Position numbers and translations under genes: made by a program | NCBI GenBank assembly: GCA_002269645.1 | Contig: NIVC01001150.1 | Span: forward strand, 260,422 to 324,421 | Length of the DNA stretch: 64,000 nt | Source of the DNA: Macrostomum lignano | Taxonomy: Eukaryota | Reading direction: 5' to 3' | Part shown: in pieces, positions 35,982 through 47,638 of the stretch | Numbering within the stretch: position 1 is the stretch's first letter | Layout of the letters: each line of letters opens with the position of its first letter | The notes under the pieces: model-generated | Seen by the model: the letters and a program-made list of their open reading frames with translations, nothing else | Databases searched by the model: none | What the model was told of the DNA's origin: nothing

Positions 35982-37136
35982 CTATCCATTCCTATCAAAG
36001 TATTGCAGATTGGCGATCAGAGTGGGCCGACTGCCGTAGACCTCCAGCTCTGCCGGCACATCGCAGGCGGTCATTGGCCGCGAATCTCGCCGTCTAACGC
36101 TGATGCTCACCATGAGCATCCTGGAGCAGCTCACAACGAAGTATTCGCCCTTGTCGATTGGCAAGCAGAAGCCCATGTACCTGACGTTCCCTAATCTGCG
36201 CTCCACGGAGTCGAATGTGTAGTCATTGGGGTCGAAACTGCAGTCATTCCCTTTCCGCTTCCAGACTACGATCTTCTCCACAAACCTTTTTGTCGACAAG
36301 CTGCCAAAGTTGAATTGCAATGAGCTGCCGATGGTCATATTTGAGTTCTCGTCTGGACCGAAGTTGTCCTCACGGATACCGTCAATGGCCTTCATGATGG
36401 TGGGATTGAAGATGCTCCTAGAGCTGTTGCTATCCCTGTCAATCATCGGGTTCATGTAGGAATCGCCCGTGAAGGCAGACAGAACCTCGAAAGCGTCTGC
36501 AAGATGCGTTGAGTTCAGTCAGACGAGTTTTCTATCGAAATTCGAAATAGAAAACAGGTATGAATTTCGTGCTACGACCCCTGGTTTGACTACGTGCGTG
36601 ACCAACATTCATTTGAGGCCTGTGCATGAAAGTTGGCTGGGGATTGACGCATTCACACCCATTAGGGCCAACCCCATCTTATAGGTGATCAGCAATCAGC
36701 GGAATGGAGACAAAATTGCCGCATCGTTGTGGGACGTGGGCTGTTGTCGAAGGCGTGTTGTGCCAGGGAGCCCACAGCACTCCTGTGAACATTACTATCA
36801 TCAATGCCTTATAAAAGAGAAGAGTTCATAGTGTTACGCGAGTACAGTAAACTTCAGCTTCAGCTGTGGAACTTGGTATGAAAAAATCGGACACAATCTG
36901 GATTAGGTCAAAATGCACGGTTAAGGACAGCGCAAGAGCTCCGTCATGTGCTCACCGTAGCAGTCTTTGTTAAGCGGCAGCCTGGCAAAGCCCCGCCCGG
37001 GACAGGGGACGCAGCCATCGCTGCTCACCATCTGGAACTCGGTGCATCCGTGCGTCCTCCGCAGCGACGCGGCGTCCTCTTGGGCAGCAACAGTCGCGAC
37101 TGCGGCCAGCAATGCCAAGCTTGCAGAGAAAATCAT
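35982..37136 (-). CDS. Secreted protein with a possible divergent F-type lectin / discoidin (F5/8C)-like domain
   Basis: Exon 37136-36956 (signal peptide MIFSASLALLAAVATVAAQ, Cys-rich segment, GTGAGC donor, phase 1) joins in phase to exon 36496-35982, giving 231 aa. KAIDGIREDNF, VEKIVVWKR, ERRL and ELEVYG resemble F-lectin-fold motifs. The domain call is tentative. Confidence 0.5.
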
Positions 37137-38332
37137 TGCGTTAAGATTTCAGTGCAGGATTGAGCCCACATGCATTTCAGTTCGGGGTCGCACATTTGAA
37201 GCATTTATTTACCCGCGTCATAAACTTTCATCTGATAATTGGCTGCACGTTGCATGCAAACAACATGCAGCTACGTAGACTTTGGAATTTGAACTGAAGC
37301 GTCTTCTACCCTTAGTTTTAATTATTTATCTTATTCCGTTGCTAATTCTCTACTATCTAGACTTCGGTCATCTCCAAGCTGTTAACCTACCAGGCATGTC
37401 TTCTTCGTATTTTGCACCGAGCTGACCCGAGCAATCGTAAACAAACCGGCCAGAAGGGAGACGCCGAAGCCAAGACAGGCACTTGGGGGCAAAGTTTTCT
37501 GTCAGCCATCGTGTCGTTCGTGGGTTCGTCGGTCTATTTGATGGCGATGTAAACAAGCCTTAAAGTACATCGCCTGAAGCAAATCGGATGAAAGGGGCTG
37601 AGGGAGCTGTTGTTGTTAAACGGGGGTGCCATCGAGTGCGAAATGCCCGTCTGACAGGGTCGAGCGTGAGATCAATTTCGCCACCGGTGAACACTTGATC
37701 CCCCTGCCGTAAGCACGCGAGAGCCTGTCACTCATCTCCATTGCCTAGAATCGCGGTATCTGGTGGGTCACACTGTCAGGGTACCAATAACTTCTGGGGC
37801 TCATGCCTTCCAGGTGATCCATTTACCAGCTCCCTTCGCGGGTAGATTCACCTAGCGCAATGACAGCTCAAAGCAGCACAGAGCGCGGCACTCTTCCTGA
37901 AATACGAGCAGCTCAGCCGCCAAGTTCGTCAGCCAGCCCCGGTCAGACAAAAGTACCCTCCGGGCAGAGTGCACCCAAACACGCAATCGCGAGAGATCGT
38001 CTTTACGTCTCAATTGGCTGAGTTGCGGGGAAAATCTCCCATTTACTGGGGCAATTTACCGGACCACTGCAGACTAGCCATTGCGAATTTTTGGGCTCAT
38101 TATTTATGGGCGAATAGCTAAAGAATCGAGCGCACTACTATAATTCATTGCATTCAGTAGTACGAACACCGACAGCATTAATTCGTAAATAAAAATATTT
38201 GAGAGATTGGAGAAATGGCGAGCACTTATTATAATTTCTTCTTCACCGCAAACTCAGCCTTTCATCTGAATTGCAGTCGCCAGAACAAAACCAAAATGTG
38301 AGCTGCATTCATCCACTCTCCCATCCGTTGGC

Positions 38333-38622
38333 AGTCAGTCAGTTAGCCAGTCAGTCAGTCAGTCAGCCAGTCAGTCAGTCAGTCAGTCAGTCAGCCAGTC
38401 AGTCAGTCAGTCAGTCAGTCAGTCAGTCAGTCAGTCAGTCAGTCAGTCAGTCAGTCAGTCAGTCAGTCAGTCAGCCAGTCAGTCAGTCAGTCAGTCAGCC
38501 AGTCAGTCAGTCAGTCAGCCAGTCAGTCAGTCAGTCAGTCAGTCAGTCAGTCAGTCAGTCAGTCAGCCAGTCAGTCAGTCAGTCAGCCAGTCAGTCAGTC
38601 AGTCAGTCAGTCAGCCTGTCAG
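38333..38622. repeat. (CAGT)n microsatellite
   Basis: About 70 units with occasional CAGC variants. Confidence 0.98.
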
Positions 38623-39074
38623 TCGCTCGGCCACCGGCTGGTGCCGCCAATTCAAGCAGATTTAAATAAAAATTGCAGTTCCCGTGCGCGCGCCATAAAG
38701 CAAAATCATTGGTGATTTTGCCCCGGACAAAAAAGCCCCGGACAAAGGAGACGATGCAAAAGCGAAAAAGTTGGGCTGACTGGCTGCAGGAGGATTCGGG
38801 GTACTTAAAAAGCTCTTCAGCTTAATCGAATGACTAATGGTAAAATGCAAGAGCGATCACTGACTGGCTCTGTGTCTCAAAAATTCCGGTGCAGTGCCAT
38901 CTCAAATGTGGGCTATAATTAAAGTAAAAAATCGCAAGCTTCATCATCCCCTCTCATCAGTTTCTCGATCAAGAAGCAAATTTAAAAGCTTTGCGATTCA
39001 ATGAGAAACTGGCAATTCCAGGCTGACAGATCCGCCCACCTGCGGAGTGACGCGCTGACAACTTCAACAGTTGG

Positions 39075-39260
39075 ATGCTGGCTGTGTCAGCCGTGTCAGC
39101 TGTGTCAGCAGGACTAGAGGAAACTGTCAGCAGGGATGCTGGCTGTGTCAAACGTGTCAGCTGTGTCAGCAGGACTAGAGGAAACTGTCAGCAGGGATAC
39201 TGGCTGTGTCAGCAGGACTAGAGGAAACTGTCAGCAGGGATGCTGGCTGTGTCAGCAGGA
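39075..39260. repeat. About 44-bp tandem repeat (CTGGCTGTGTCAGCAGGACTAGAGGAAACTGTCAGCAGGGATR)
   Basis: About 4 imperfect copies. Confidence 0.85.
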
Positions 39261-40375
39261 CTATAGGGAACAATTTAGCGCTGCACTGTCTCGCAAAAGC
39301 AATTTGACAATTTGCAAATGTTTTGCGGACTCCAACCAACTCGTCCGTCATACAGTCTGCCCCATTATAAAAAGCAACTGGGCCCTAAAAATAGGCCGCC
39401 TGACAGCTCCACACGAGCTGTGACAAAAGCAAATTGGCAAGTCTGCTGCCACTAAAAGCAATCTCTCCTAGAGAAAAGTCCAAGCCAATTATCGCACCTG
39501 TGTAATGCCTCGCGCCAGTCTCAGACAGAAATGGCGTCTCCAGACTCATCAGTCATAAAAAACTGTTGCTGCCTGCAGGAGGGACACCGTAAAGAACGCA
39601 GCTTTTTAATCGCCGAGGGGCATCAGCGCCGAGTGCGACTCTAATGGTGGTCTGTGGGGCGAGTCGCAGCCCGTGTGATTGACAGCCCCGCTAATGCCTT
39701 CCTGGGCCCGGCCGGGTCTTGAGAGCGGCAGCGATGATGCCGTGCAGCATCAGTCAGTTTCTGATGGTGTAAAAACAGCCCCGATGCCGGCTCTGCTTGC
39801 TGAGAGCAAACAGCCTCAGTGTCTCCCCCGCAGCAGCATTGTTGCCATTCGGTGAGCACAGGCAGCCTCTTGCTGGCGCGCCGAACCACTTTGCTCAGGT
39901 GGGCAGCTCAGGCAGTCCCGTGTTTGCCAAGGCCTGGTCAGGTGCGGGTGACTGCTGCTGTTTCTTGGAAGTCTACCTAATCGCTTTGTGATCGATTGCC
40001 TATTTTTAAAACAATAAAAAATCCGAACGATGAAGGATTGAGGGAAGCTGAGACCTGCCTAAGCTGGGGGGGGGTAAGTGATGAGGCTCAATAATTCTGC
40101 AGCGGCGCGGGATGGCTGGCTTCAGCAGCAGGAAATCTATCTTCGGTCATTTGATGACGGACTGGAGGCCGCAGCTCAGACGAAGCTGGGACATTTTTGG
40201 ATCTGCCTACGGCTTCTTTGGGAATAAAGAATCTCAAAGAGCCTCTGAAATAGCCGAAGAACTCCGCGGCACTGCAGCGGAGGCTCCCGTGTCAATCATA
40301 ATTAGCTCCACTTCGGCTCACAGGGACTCACTAGGGGCCTTGCAACCTAATCGCGTCGCTTGCGCCCCCGTCAGT

Positions 40376-40438
<63 letters not shown>
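40376..40438. repeat. (TAAG)n microsatellite
   Basis: Perfect array directly visible. Confidence 0.97.
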
Positions 40439-40439
<1 letters not shown>

Positions 40440-40540
40440 GGCACACTGTACTTTCAAGAAATAGGAAAAGGAAAATCAGGACTAGCAAAATCATTGCTGG
40501 GAGAATTAAATTATATTGGCCTAAAGGAGTTACGAGCGTA

Positions 40541-41325
40541 TGTGTCTGCAGCTGACATGGCCGGAGATTGCAGGTGTCTGCAGCTGACATGGCCGGAGAT
40601 TGCATGTGTCTGCAGCTGACATGGCCGGAGATTCCAGGTGTCTGCAGCTGACAAGGCCGGAGATTGCATGTGTCTGCAGCTGACATGGCCAGAGATTCCA
40701 GGTGTCTGCAGCTGACATGGCCGGAGATTGCATGTGTCTGCAGCTGACATGGCCGGAGATTGCATGTGTCTGCAGCTGACATGGCCGGAGATTGCAGGTG
40801 TCTGCAGCTGACATGGCCGGAGATTGCAGGTGTCTGCAGCTGACATGGCCGGAGATTGCAGGTGTCTGCAGCTGACAAGGCCGGAGATTGCATGTGTCTG
40901 CAGCTGACATGGCCGGAGATTGCAGGTGTCTGCAGCTGACATGGCCGGAGATTGCAGGTGTCTGCAGCTGACATGGCCGGAGATTGCAGGTGTCTGCAGC
41001 TGACATGGCCGGAGATTGCAGGTGTCTGCAGCTGACATGGCCGGAGATTGCATGTGTCTGCAGCTGACATGGCCGGAGATTGCAGGTGTCTGCAGCTGAC
41101 ATGGCCGGAGATTGCATGTGTCTGCAGCTGACATGGCCGGAGATTGCAGGTGTCTGCAGCTGACATGGCCGGAGATTGCAGGTGTCTGCAGCTGACATGG
41201 CCGGAGATTGCAGGTGTCTGCAGCTGACATGGCCGGAGATTGCATGTGTCTGCAGCTGACATGGCCGGAGATTGCAGGTGTCTGCAGCTGACATGGCCGG
41301 AGATTGGGCTGTCCGCAGCTGACAT
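40541..41325. repeat. 30-bp minisatellite (TGTCTGCAGCTGACATGGCCGGAGATTGCA-based)
   Basis: About 26 near-identical units. Source of the SAADTCNLRPCQ ORFs. Confidence 0.97.
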
Positions 41326-41895
41326 GCAGCTAATGTTTTTCAAAGTGACAATGTAAAAACTATTGCAATTGATCTCGCCAATCCAAACTAGACTGAGTGA
41401 TGGCAAATAGCATTCAATTCTTTTGCATCTCAACGCAAGGACGGCTTACTTACAAATAAAATGCATTCTTAAGCCCATAATAAAGTGTTTTAGCCGTCAG
41501 CGGTTTACAATGCTGCCCAAATTCAGGATAAAACACGAGTGATCGACAATATTGCAAGTACTCTGTGCATAGCTGCTCAGACTCACAAGTCTTATCTCGG
41601 GTAAGAGAATTTCGGGGTGGGCGCACCGCGCATTCAAGTGACGCGAACGGGCCAAGATTCGTCCAATGCACATTAATTGTACGCTGCCACAAATGCAGTA
41701 CGTACTCTCGTACACTCCAGCACGTTGCTATGGGAACACAAGAGAGACCATAGCGGGAGGAATTGTGCATTCGAAGGTAAAAATGATTCCCACGCTGGCT
41801 TGCCAGGGTTTAACTGAAAGCAATTAAAAACAGAAGCAGGCCTTTTAAATCTTTCTCAGGCCATCTCTGAGTCCGCCCAATTCAGCACCGCAACA

Positions 41896-44226
41896 ATGGA
41901 CAGCGCGAGCAAGCAAGAGGATGGCAGCGCCAAGCAGCGGCTGCCCAGCGCGAGCAAGCAAGAGGATGGCAGCGCCAAGCAACGGCTGCCCAGCGCGAGC
42001 AAGCGAGAGGATGGCAGCGCCAAGCAACGGCTGCCCAGCGCGAGCAAGCAAGAGGATGGCAGCGCCAAGCAACGGCTGCCCAGCGCGAGCAAGCAAGAGA
42101 ATGGCAGCGCCAAGCAACGGCTGCCCAGCGCGAGCAAGCAAGAGGATGGCAGCGCCAAGCAACGGCTGCCCAGCGCGAGCAAGCAAGAGGATGGCAGCGC
42201 CAAGCAACGGCTGCCCAGCGCGAGCAAGCAAGAGGATGGCAGCGCCAAGCAACGGCTGCCCAGCGCGAGCAAGCAAGAAGATGGTAGCGCCAAGCAGCGG
42301 CTGGCAGTGCTGGTGTGCGGACACTCCGCCAGTCGCCAGTGGCTGAACGCAGCATCTGAAAAGTTGCAGGCGGTCAGCGACAGACGTATCGAATGCCGTG
42401 AGGCCACAGAGGTGGCGCCTCGCAGCCTTCGCGCCCGCGCCCGCCTCGTACAGGCGAGCGGAGCGGCGCTGGTGCTGGCTGAGGCGCGACTACAGCGGAG
42501 TCCAATTCTAATGGAGCTGATCAACTTCATCCATGCCAGCGGCTTGCCAATCGCGGTGCTGCTGATGCAGAGCTTCTACGAGCCTAGTGGCGCCCTGGCC
42601 GCCATCGGCACCGCGCATGACTGCATCCTCAGTGGCGCCGGAGATCCAGCCTCCGACTGGGCCAGCCGGGCGGCCTCGCACCTGATGTCCCGCGCTAAGC
42701 CGGTGCGAGCCGCCGCGGCCGCTGGCGCAACTGACGACGCAGACGAGAAGCAGCTGGTTGGAGTGGAGGCGGCCAGCAAGGCGGGTGGGTCGGGGGTTTT
42801 CCTCTCCTACCAGCCAGACGGGGAAAAGGCGGTTGCACTGGTCCAGACCAGTCTTAGCACCGCCGTGCGCTGCAGACCGGACCGCCGAAACCGGGAGGCC
42901 ATCGAAGCGTGCCGTGTGTTCGTTGCCATAATGTCTCCCGGGTACGAGGCCAGTGCCGACTCGCTGCACGATCTTGACTTCGCCCGCCTGCGCCGCAAAG
43001 AGGTGGTGCCGGTGAACGCCGTGCCGAAGGCGCAGAAGTGGCGACCCTCCGGCTGGCTGGCGCTGGCAGTGGCCGGCCGGCTGTACCACCGACTGTCGGA
43101 CGAGGCGTCGGCGGCGGAGCAGCACTACGACTCCACACCGCTGAAAGACTTCGTTGCCGCTGTTCAAGCTGGCCTACAGGACAGACCGACTGAGGAGGAA
43201 GCCGAGGCGGCCGAAGTTCGGGCCCTGACCGCTGAGGCGGAGGCCTGCAAGAAGGAGCTGCTTGACTTGGGAGGCACTTGGCCGCCCGCTGAAAAGTCAA
43301 CAGCGATGGAGCTTAGTCAGGCTTTTAAGCACTTGACGGTGGAGGAGAGCCAACCAAAGACGCAGGCCAACCTTCCCTACAACCTGATCCAATATAGCGT
43401 AACTCGAATGTCGCTGGAGCCGCCGAAGCCGCTGTTTGACGCCAGAGGCGTGCCGATCGTCCGCAGCTTTGACGCGATGCTGTCCTACCAGTGGGCATCG
43501 CAGGACTTGGTGCGGACGTTTCGCGAGCAGCTCAGCGTGTACAATGTGGACGCCTGGATGGACATCTGGGGCGGCATGCAGGGAAATGTCAACGACAGCA
43601 TGGCTAGGGCGGTGGAGAGCTCCAGGATGATCGTCTGCTTCTTCACTGCTAAGTACCAGCAGTCAGCCAACTGTCTGCTGGAGCTGAAGTACGCGGTGCG
43701 TAGAGACCGGCCGCTTCTCTTCCTGCTGGTGGAGCCATCGACCCGGCCGCTGGACTGGGTGTCCGAGCTCATGGCCAAATCAGTTGTGATTCCCTTCACT
43801 GGGATGAGCGACGCTCCCAAGCTTGAAGACGGAATTCCCCGGTTGGTCCGCGTCATCGAGACGGTCAAGAAGGTCTCGGCTCATGAAGCGCTGCGACCGC
43901 GCAGGCGAGAAGACGTCAGCGAGGAGGTCTACCGGCTTGAGAGGCAGATCAGCGCCGCCAAGGACGCCGTCCACGAGCTGAAGGGCACTCAGCGGTTCAG
44001 CACCTGCAGTCGCTGCTCGGTGAAATACGACCCGACATCGGTGGGTTCCGATTCCTGTGCCAAGCACTCGGCCTACTACATCGGGGGCAACATCATGGCT
44101 GGGCGGTGGGTCTGCTGCAGCCAGACGGACACGAAGGCGCCGGGCTGCAGCAAGGCGCCGCACATCAGCGAGCCCCGACAGTGGGCCACCATCACCGGCG
44201 GCGCCAAGAAGTGGCTTCCCGAGTAG
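41896..44226 (+). CDS. Multi-TIR-domain protein: 15-aa N-terminal repeats, three TIR_2-like domains, coiled coil, C-terminal Cys/His zinc cluster
   Basis: Uninterrupted 776-aa ORF. The third domain is a clear TIR_2 (FDAMLSYQWASQ..AWMDIWGGMQGNVNDSMARAVESSRMIVCFFTAKYQQSANCLLELKYA). The second reads VFLSYQ..EAIEACRVFVAIMSPGYEASADSLHDLDFA..WRPSGWLALAVAGRLY. The first is degenerate. The tail is CSRC..CAKH..RWVCC..APGC..H. Confidence 0.85.
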   Translation: MDSASKQEDGSAKQRLPSASKQEDGSAKQRLPSASKREDGSAKQRLPSASKQEDGSAKQRLPSASKQENGSAKQRLPSASKQEDGSAKQRLPSASKQEDGSAKQRLPSASKQEDGSAKQRLPSASKQEDGSAKQRLAVLVCGHSASRQWLNAASEKLQAVSDRRIECREATEVAPRSLRARARLVQASGAALVLAEARLQRSPILMELINFIHASGLPIAVLLMQSFYEPSGALAAIGTAHDCILSGAGDPASDWASRAASHLMSRAKPVRAAAAAGATDDADEKQLVGVEAASKAGGSGVFLSYQPDGEKAVALVQTSLSTAVRCRPDRRNREAIEACRVFVAIMSPGYEASADSLHDLDFARLRRKEVVPVNAVPKAQKWRPSGWLALAVAGRLYHRLSDEASAAEQHYDSTPLKDFVAAVQAGLQDRPTEEEAEAAEVRALTAEAEACKKELLDLGGTWPPAEKSTAMELSQAFKHLTVEESQPKTQANLPYNLIQYSVTRMSLEPPKPLFDARGVPIVRSFDAMLSYQWASQDLVRTFREQLSVYNVDAWMDIWGGMQGNVNDSMARAVESSRMIVCFFTAKYQQSANCLLELKYAVRRDRPLLFLLVEPSTRPLDWVSELMAKSVVIPFTGMSDAPKLEDGIPRLVRVIETVKKVSAHEALRPRRREDVSEEVYRLERQISAAKDAVHELKGTQRFSTCSRCSVKYDPTSVGSDSCAKHSAYYIGGNIMAGRWVCCSQTDTKAPGCSKAPHISEPRQWATITGGAKKWLPE
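41900..42300 (+). repeat. In-frame coding 45-bp minisatellite, (SASKQEDGSAKQRLP) x9
   Basis: Tandem 45-bp units start immediately after the ATG at 41896. Confidence 0.95.
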
Positions 44227-46129
44227 CAACTGGCCGTCACAGTTGCTCTCTCCACTGAGTCAGGTCACCCCTCTGCATGTCTAGTTTTAGAAGCTGCTCA
44301 ACACCTGCTGGGATCATGCAGTTTTGCACTGGGCAGTTAACTTTGAACAAATTAGGAGTAATATTTTTGCACTGACTCTGTTGAGTTGCATGCTATCTTC
44401 AAAACTGAAATTTACGTTTTCGATATCCAACAAAAAGACTTAAACAAAGATTTTTTTAATATAAAAGAAGGCTTATTAAAAACCTTACTATGCGTTTCAA
44501 TTGTTGAAAACAGTCTAATCACAGTGTCACGTTATTGGCGTAGCGGCCAGCTATGCGGTGACCCTTAAAAGGGCCGTTTCAGTCCCAAAATAAGTTGAAG
44601 TCAATTCTTGTAAAGCGGATTTTGTAGCGGAGCACTTGGCGATAAAGGCAGGAACTGCCGTAGTTGTCTTTATTATCAATATAAATAGTAAGTTTGGTTG
44701 TTACTGGCAAATAACAAACTTTGGTTTCCTGGGCACTGGCGGCTGCAACAATGGTTTCTTTCAAGATAAATTGGATGTGAGTTCAAGCGACAGACGAGTG
44801 ATGTAATGGCGACGTGACGTGAGCAGTGGCTATGAGCACAGTGAAGGCAGTGAAACGTAGTGGCGAGTTTGGCGTCGGTCGTGGCGTGAGACAGTCAAGT
44901 GTGTGAGCAGGCTGGCCCAGACAGAAGGGCCGTGGTGAGAAATAAGGAGGCTCGAGGCAGCCAGACAAACAGATAAGACAGCTAAGAGGCAGCAGGGAAG
45001 GAAACAAGGAACAAGCGGAGTGCCGCCGCCAGGCGGGGGGGGTTAATAAAAGAGCGCAGAGGGGGGTAGCGCGAGCACGAGTGATTTCATTGGCTGGCGA
45101 GAGAACTTAAAATTATCGATCGTGCCAATTTTATACGGTCGCGAGAGAGGATAGCAAAATATACAGTGAATTAGAAATTGCCACAAAATCGTTGGGCACT
45201 ACTACAAGTAAACGTCGCAATAAACGAATGGAAAAGTTTAGTTGAAACGGTGAAACTGAAGGGTTGAAACTATAGAGAAACAGCAGTCCAACGGCCCTTT
45301 TCGGGACCACCTTAAACTGACAACGTCACACACAGGATGTCTTTTTACACCTTTTTGCGTTCTATTTCGATAAAACTGCATTCAAGTTCGGCAAACTGGC
45401 TTTCATTTTCGGCATCAGCTATGGCCGCAAATCCAAACTGCATTCGAATTCGACAAACCTAGAAACAATTTAGGCAAACTGCATTCAATTTCAGCATTGT
45501 ATATTCAATTTCGACAGCCACCGCCTCAGACACAGACTGTCTATGGAAATAAGCGCATCTTAACCCAAAACTGATTTTCAATTTCGGCAAACTGCACTCA
45601 ATTTCGACACGGAAAATATCGATCGAAGAGAGAGGTTAAAGAGAGGCATTTGGAGTACAGTGTAAACCGCAATAGCTGAAGAAACAATTAAACGCGAAGA
45701 AACAAAGCACATAGGAAGAAACGATTGCACACCGAGGAAATAATATCGAGGAAATATCGAAGAAATAACCTCGTGAATTAAATAGCTCGTATAAGTCATG
45801 CAATATTTAAACCTCAAAGAATCGGTGATCCGTGTTGTAATACCGGCTAAAATGCGTGCCTCGCCCATAGATCTTATATAAGATCTATATAAGATTTTTG
45901 CCTCGCCATCTACATGTATAGATTTGCGTCAGTGAGCAAGGACACCATCTGATCTTCCAGTAAAAACGGACATCCACGGCAATCGATGTCGGTAGGTGCG
46001 TCCTGCTTCAAGCTGCTGCACGGCTTCGCCATTGCCTTCCTCATTATTCCGCCTGCATGGGCTTACTGGTGTTGAGACTCTGGGTAATCCCTGCAAACAC
46101 GGCGTCACGTACTGCACAACAGCAGGTGT

Positions 46130-46425
46130 TGCTGCACACAGGGTGTCACTGCTGCATGACTAAGGCTGTCACTGCACAGGATGTCACTGCATGACAAAGG
46201 GTGTCACTGCATGACAAAGGGTGTCACTGCACAGGGTGTCCCTGCATGACAAAGGGTGTTACTGCACAGGATGTCACTGCATGACAAAGGGTGTCACTGC
46301 GTGAAAAAAGGGTGTCACTGCATGAAAAAGGGTGTCACTGCACAGGGTGTCGCTGCACAAGGTGTCACTGCACAGGGTGTCACTGCATGACAAAGGGTGT
46401 CACTGCACAGGGTGTCACTGCACAC
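46130..46425. repeat. Composite minisatellite (GGGTGTCACTGCACA / GGGTGTCACTGCATGACAAA)
   Basis: Variant tandem units directly visible. Confidence 0.9.
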
Positions 46426-46579
46426 AGCACCAAGCCACGCCGCTAAAGTTGGCTTCACTAAAGATGGCGCGCGCCAGCGAAAAAGTGACAACACACTGAC
46501 GTGTCACTATTTTTTCACAAATCGATCGAGAACATCCTATAGCTATATACTAAAAATATTTCCAGTGACATTGACATTA

Positions 46580-46740
46580 ACTCTGTGATCAGAGTGGGTG
46601 AGCTAGCAGGCGGGCAGCTGTCTCTGTGATCAGAGTGGGTGAGCTGGCATGGTGGATAGCTGTCCCTGTGATCAGAGTGCATGGGTGAGCTGGCATGGTG
46701 GATAGCTGTCCCTGTGATCAGAGTGGGTGAGCTGGCAGGA
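46580..46740. repeat. About 42-bp tandem repeat (TGTCCCTGTGATCAGAGTGGGTGAGCTGGCATGGTGGATAGC)
   Basis: About 4 imperfect copies. Confidence 0.85.
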
Positions 46741-47638
46741 CTATTCAATCCTTTAAAAGCCGCGCTTTAATATCTACCTTCATTCAGTCTTGAAATGAGC
46801 ATATGCAAGCACAAGCTGTAAGAAATACTCATAAATTAAGGATTAATGAGAAAATTCAATTCTAAATATTTTGCTTGGATGATATTGATCGATATATTAA
46901 AACGAAATGATTCGGGATACACACAAATTTAAACATGGCAGCAAAGAAAGGAGAAGAGAACCAAAAAAGTAAATTACTCATTTACAAATTTATTATTGTC
47001 TTCCAAGTTTCCTTTGCAAATGGATTAATATTTCGGTTTCATATGAGAAACCAAAGCGATCTCGAGAGACCAAGCAAAGCAAGTCGCACTGTGCATTTCC
47101 AGAGGTGGACATGTTTGACCACCCCAGATTTTCACCATAACCAATACATCACATTTGTCTGGAGAATCTGTCGACAGGTTGTTGAGAAACCATCGTTTTT
47201 TCTGATTTTCATTCTTTTTTATGCATTTTCTTTAACAGTATGCAATGAACATAAATATTTTGAATACCTTAAATTTTCCTTGGCAGTCATTCTCAAATTT
47301 GTCTAAATTTCCATTTTTTTAACTTTAACCGTCCGCGCCTTTCCTCGGATCGTTCTTTTTGTTATTTTCTGTCGACTTTCTTGCTTTTAAAATCTACAAA
47401 GGCATTAATTTCCGTCACCTAGTAGAGAATTGGTAAAACAAAATTAAATAGGCATCTGCTTTCAAACCTCAGCACTAGATGCTTATCGCGTATCATTTAC
47501 AGATTCTATGTAAAGTGCAAACGAGCGCAAAACTATACAAATTTCCCTAAAAGAATCAGGCTTTTAAGTAGAAAAATGTGCAGTTAAAATCAAAATCTGA
47601 GTTAGTAGTCAGGTAGTCACGCAGTGAGCCTGCCCAGC

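Noticed and set aside
37300-40384. Short ORFs at 37368-37556, 39641-39991 and 40112-40384
   Set aside because: No domain signal or coherent exon chain. They cannot be supported without RNA data.
1165-41325. Regular repeats as possible CRISPR arrays
   Set aside because: Units are head-to-tail with no unique spacers, there are no cas genes, and the context is eukaryotic.
44567-45301. 12-bp inverted repeats AAAAGGGCCGTT/AACGGCCCTTTT as transposon TIRs
   Set aside because: No convincing TSD. The interior is LTR- or UTR-like but unclassifiable by eye.
56-46748. Dozens of long ORFs with periodic translations (CQCQVSVPG, RLASYEL, VYTCPC, AAGWDH, SAADTC, etc.)
   Set aside because: They are by-products of stop-free minisatellite units, mostly in introns, and are open in several frames and strands at once.
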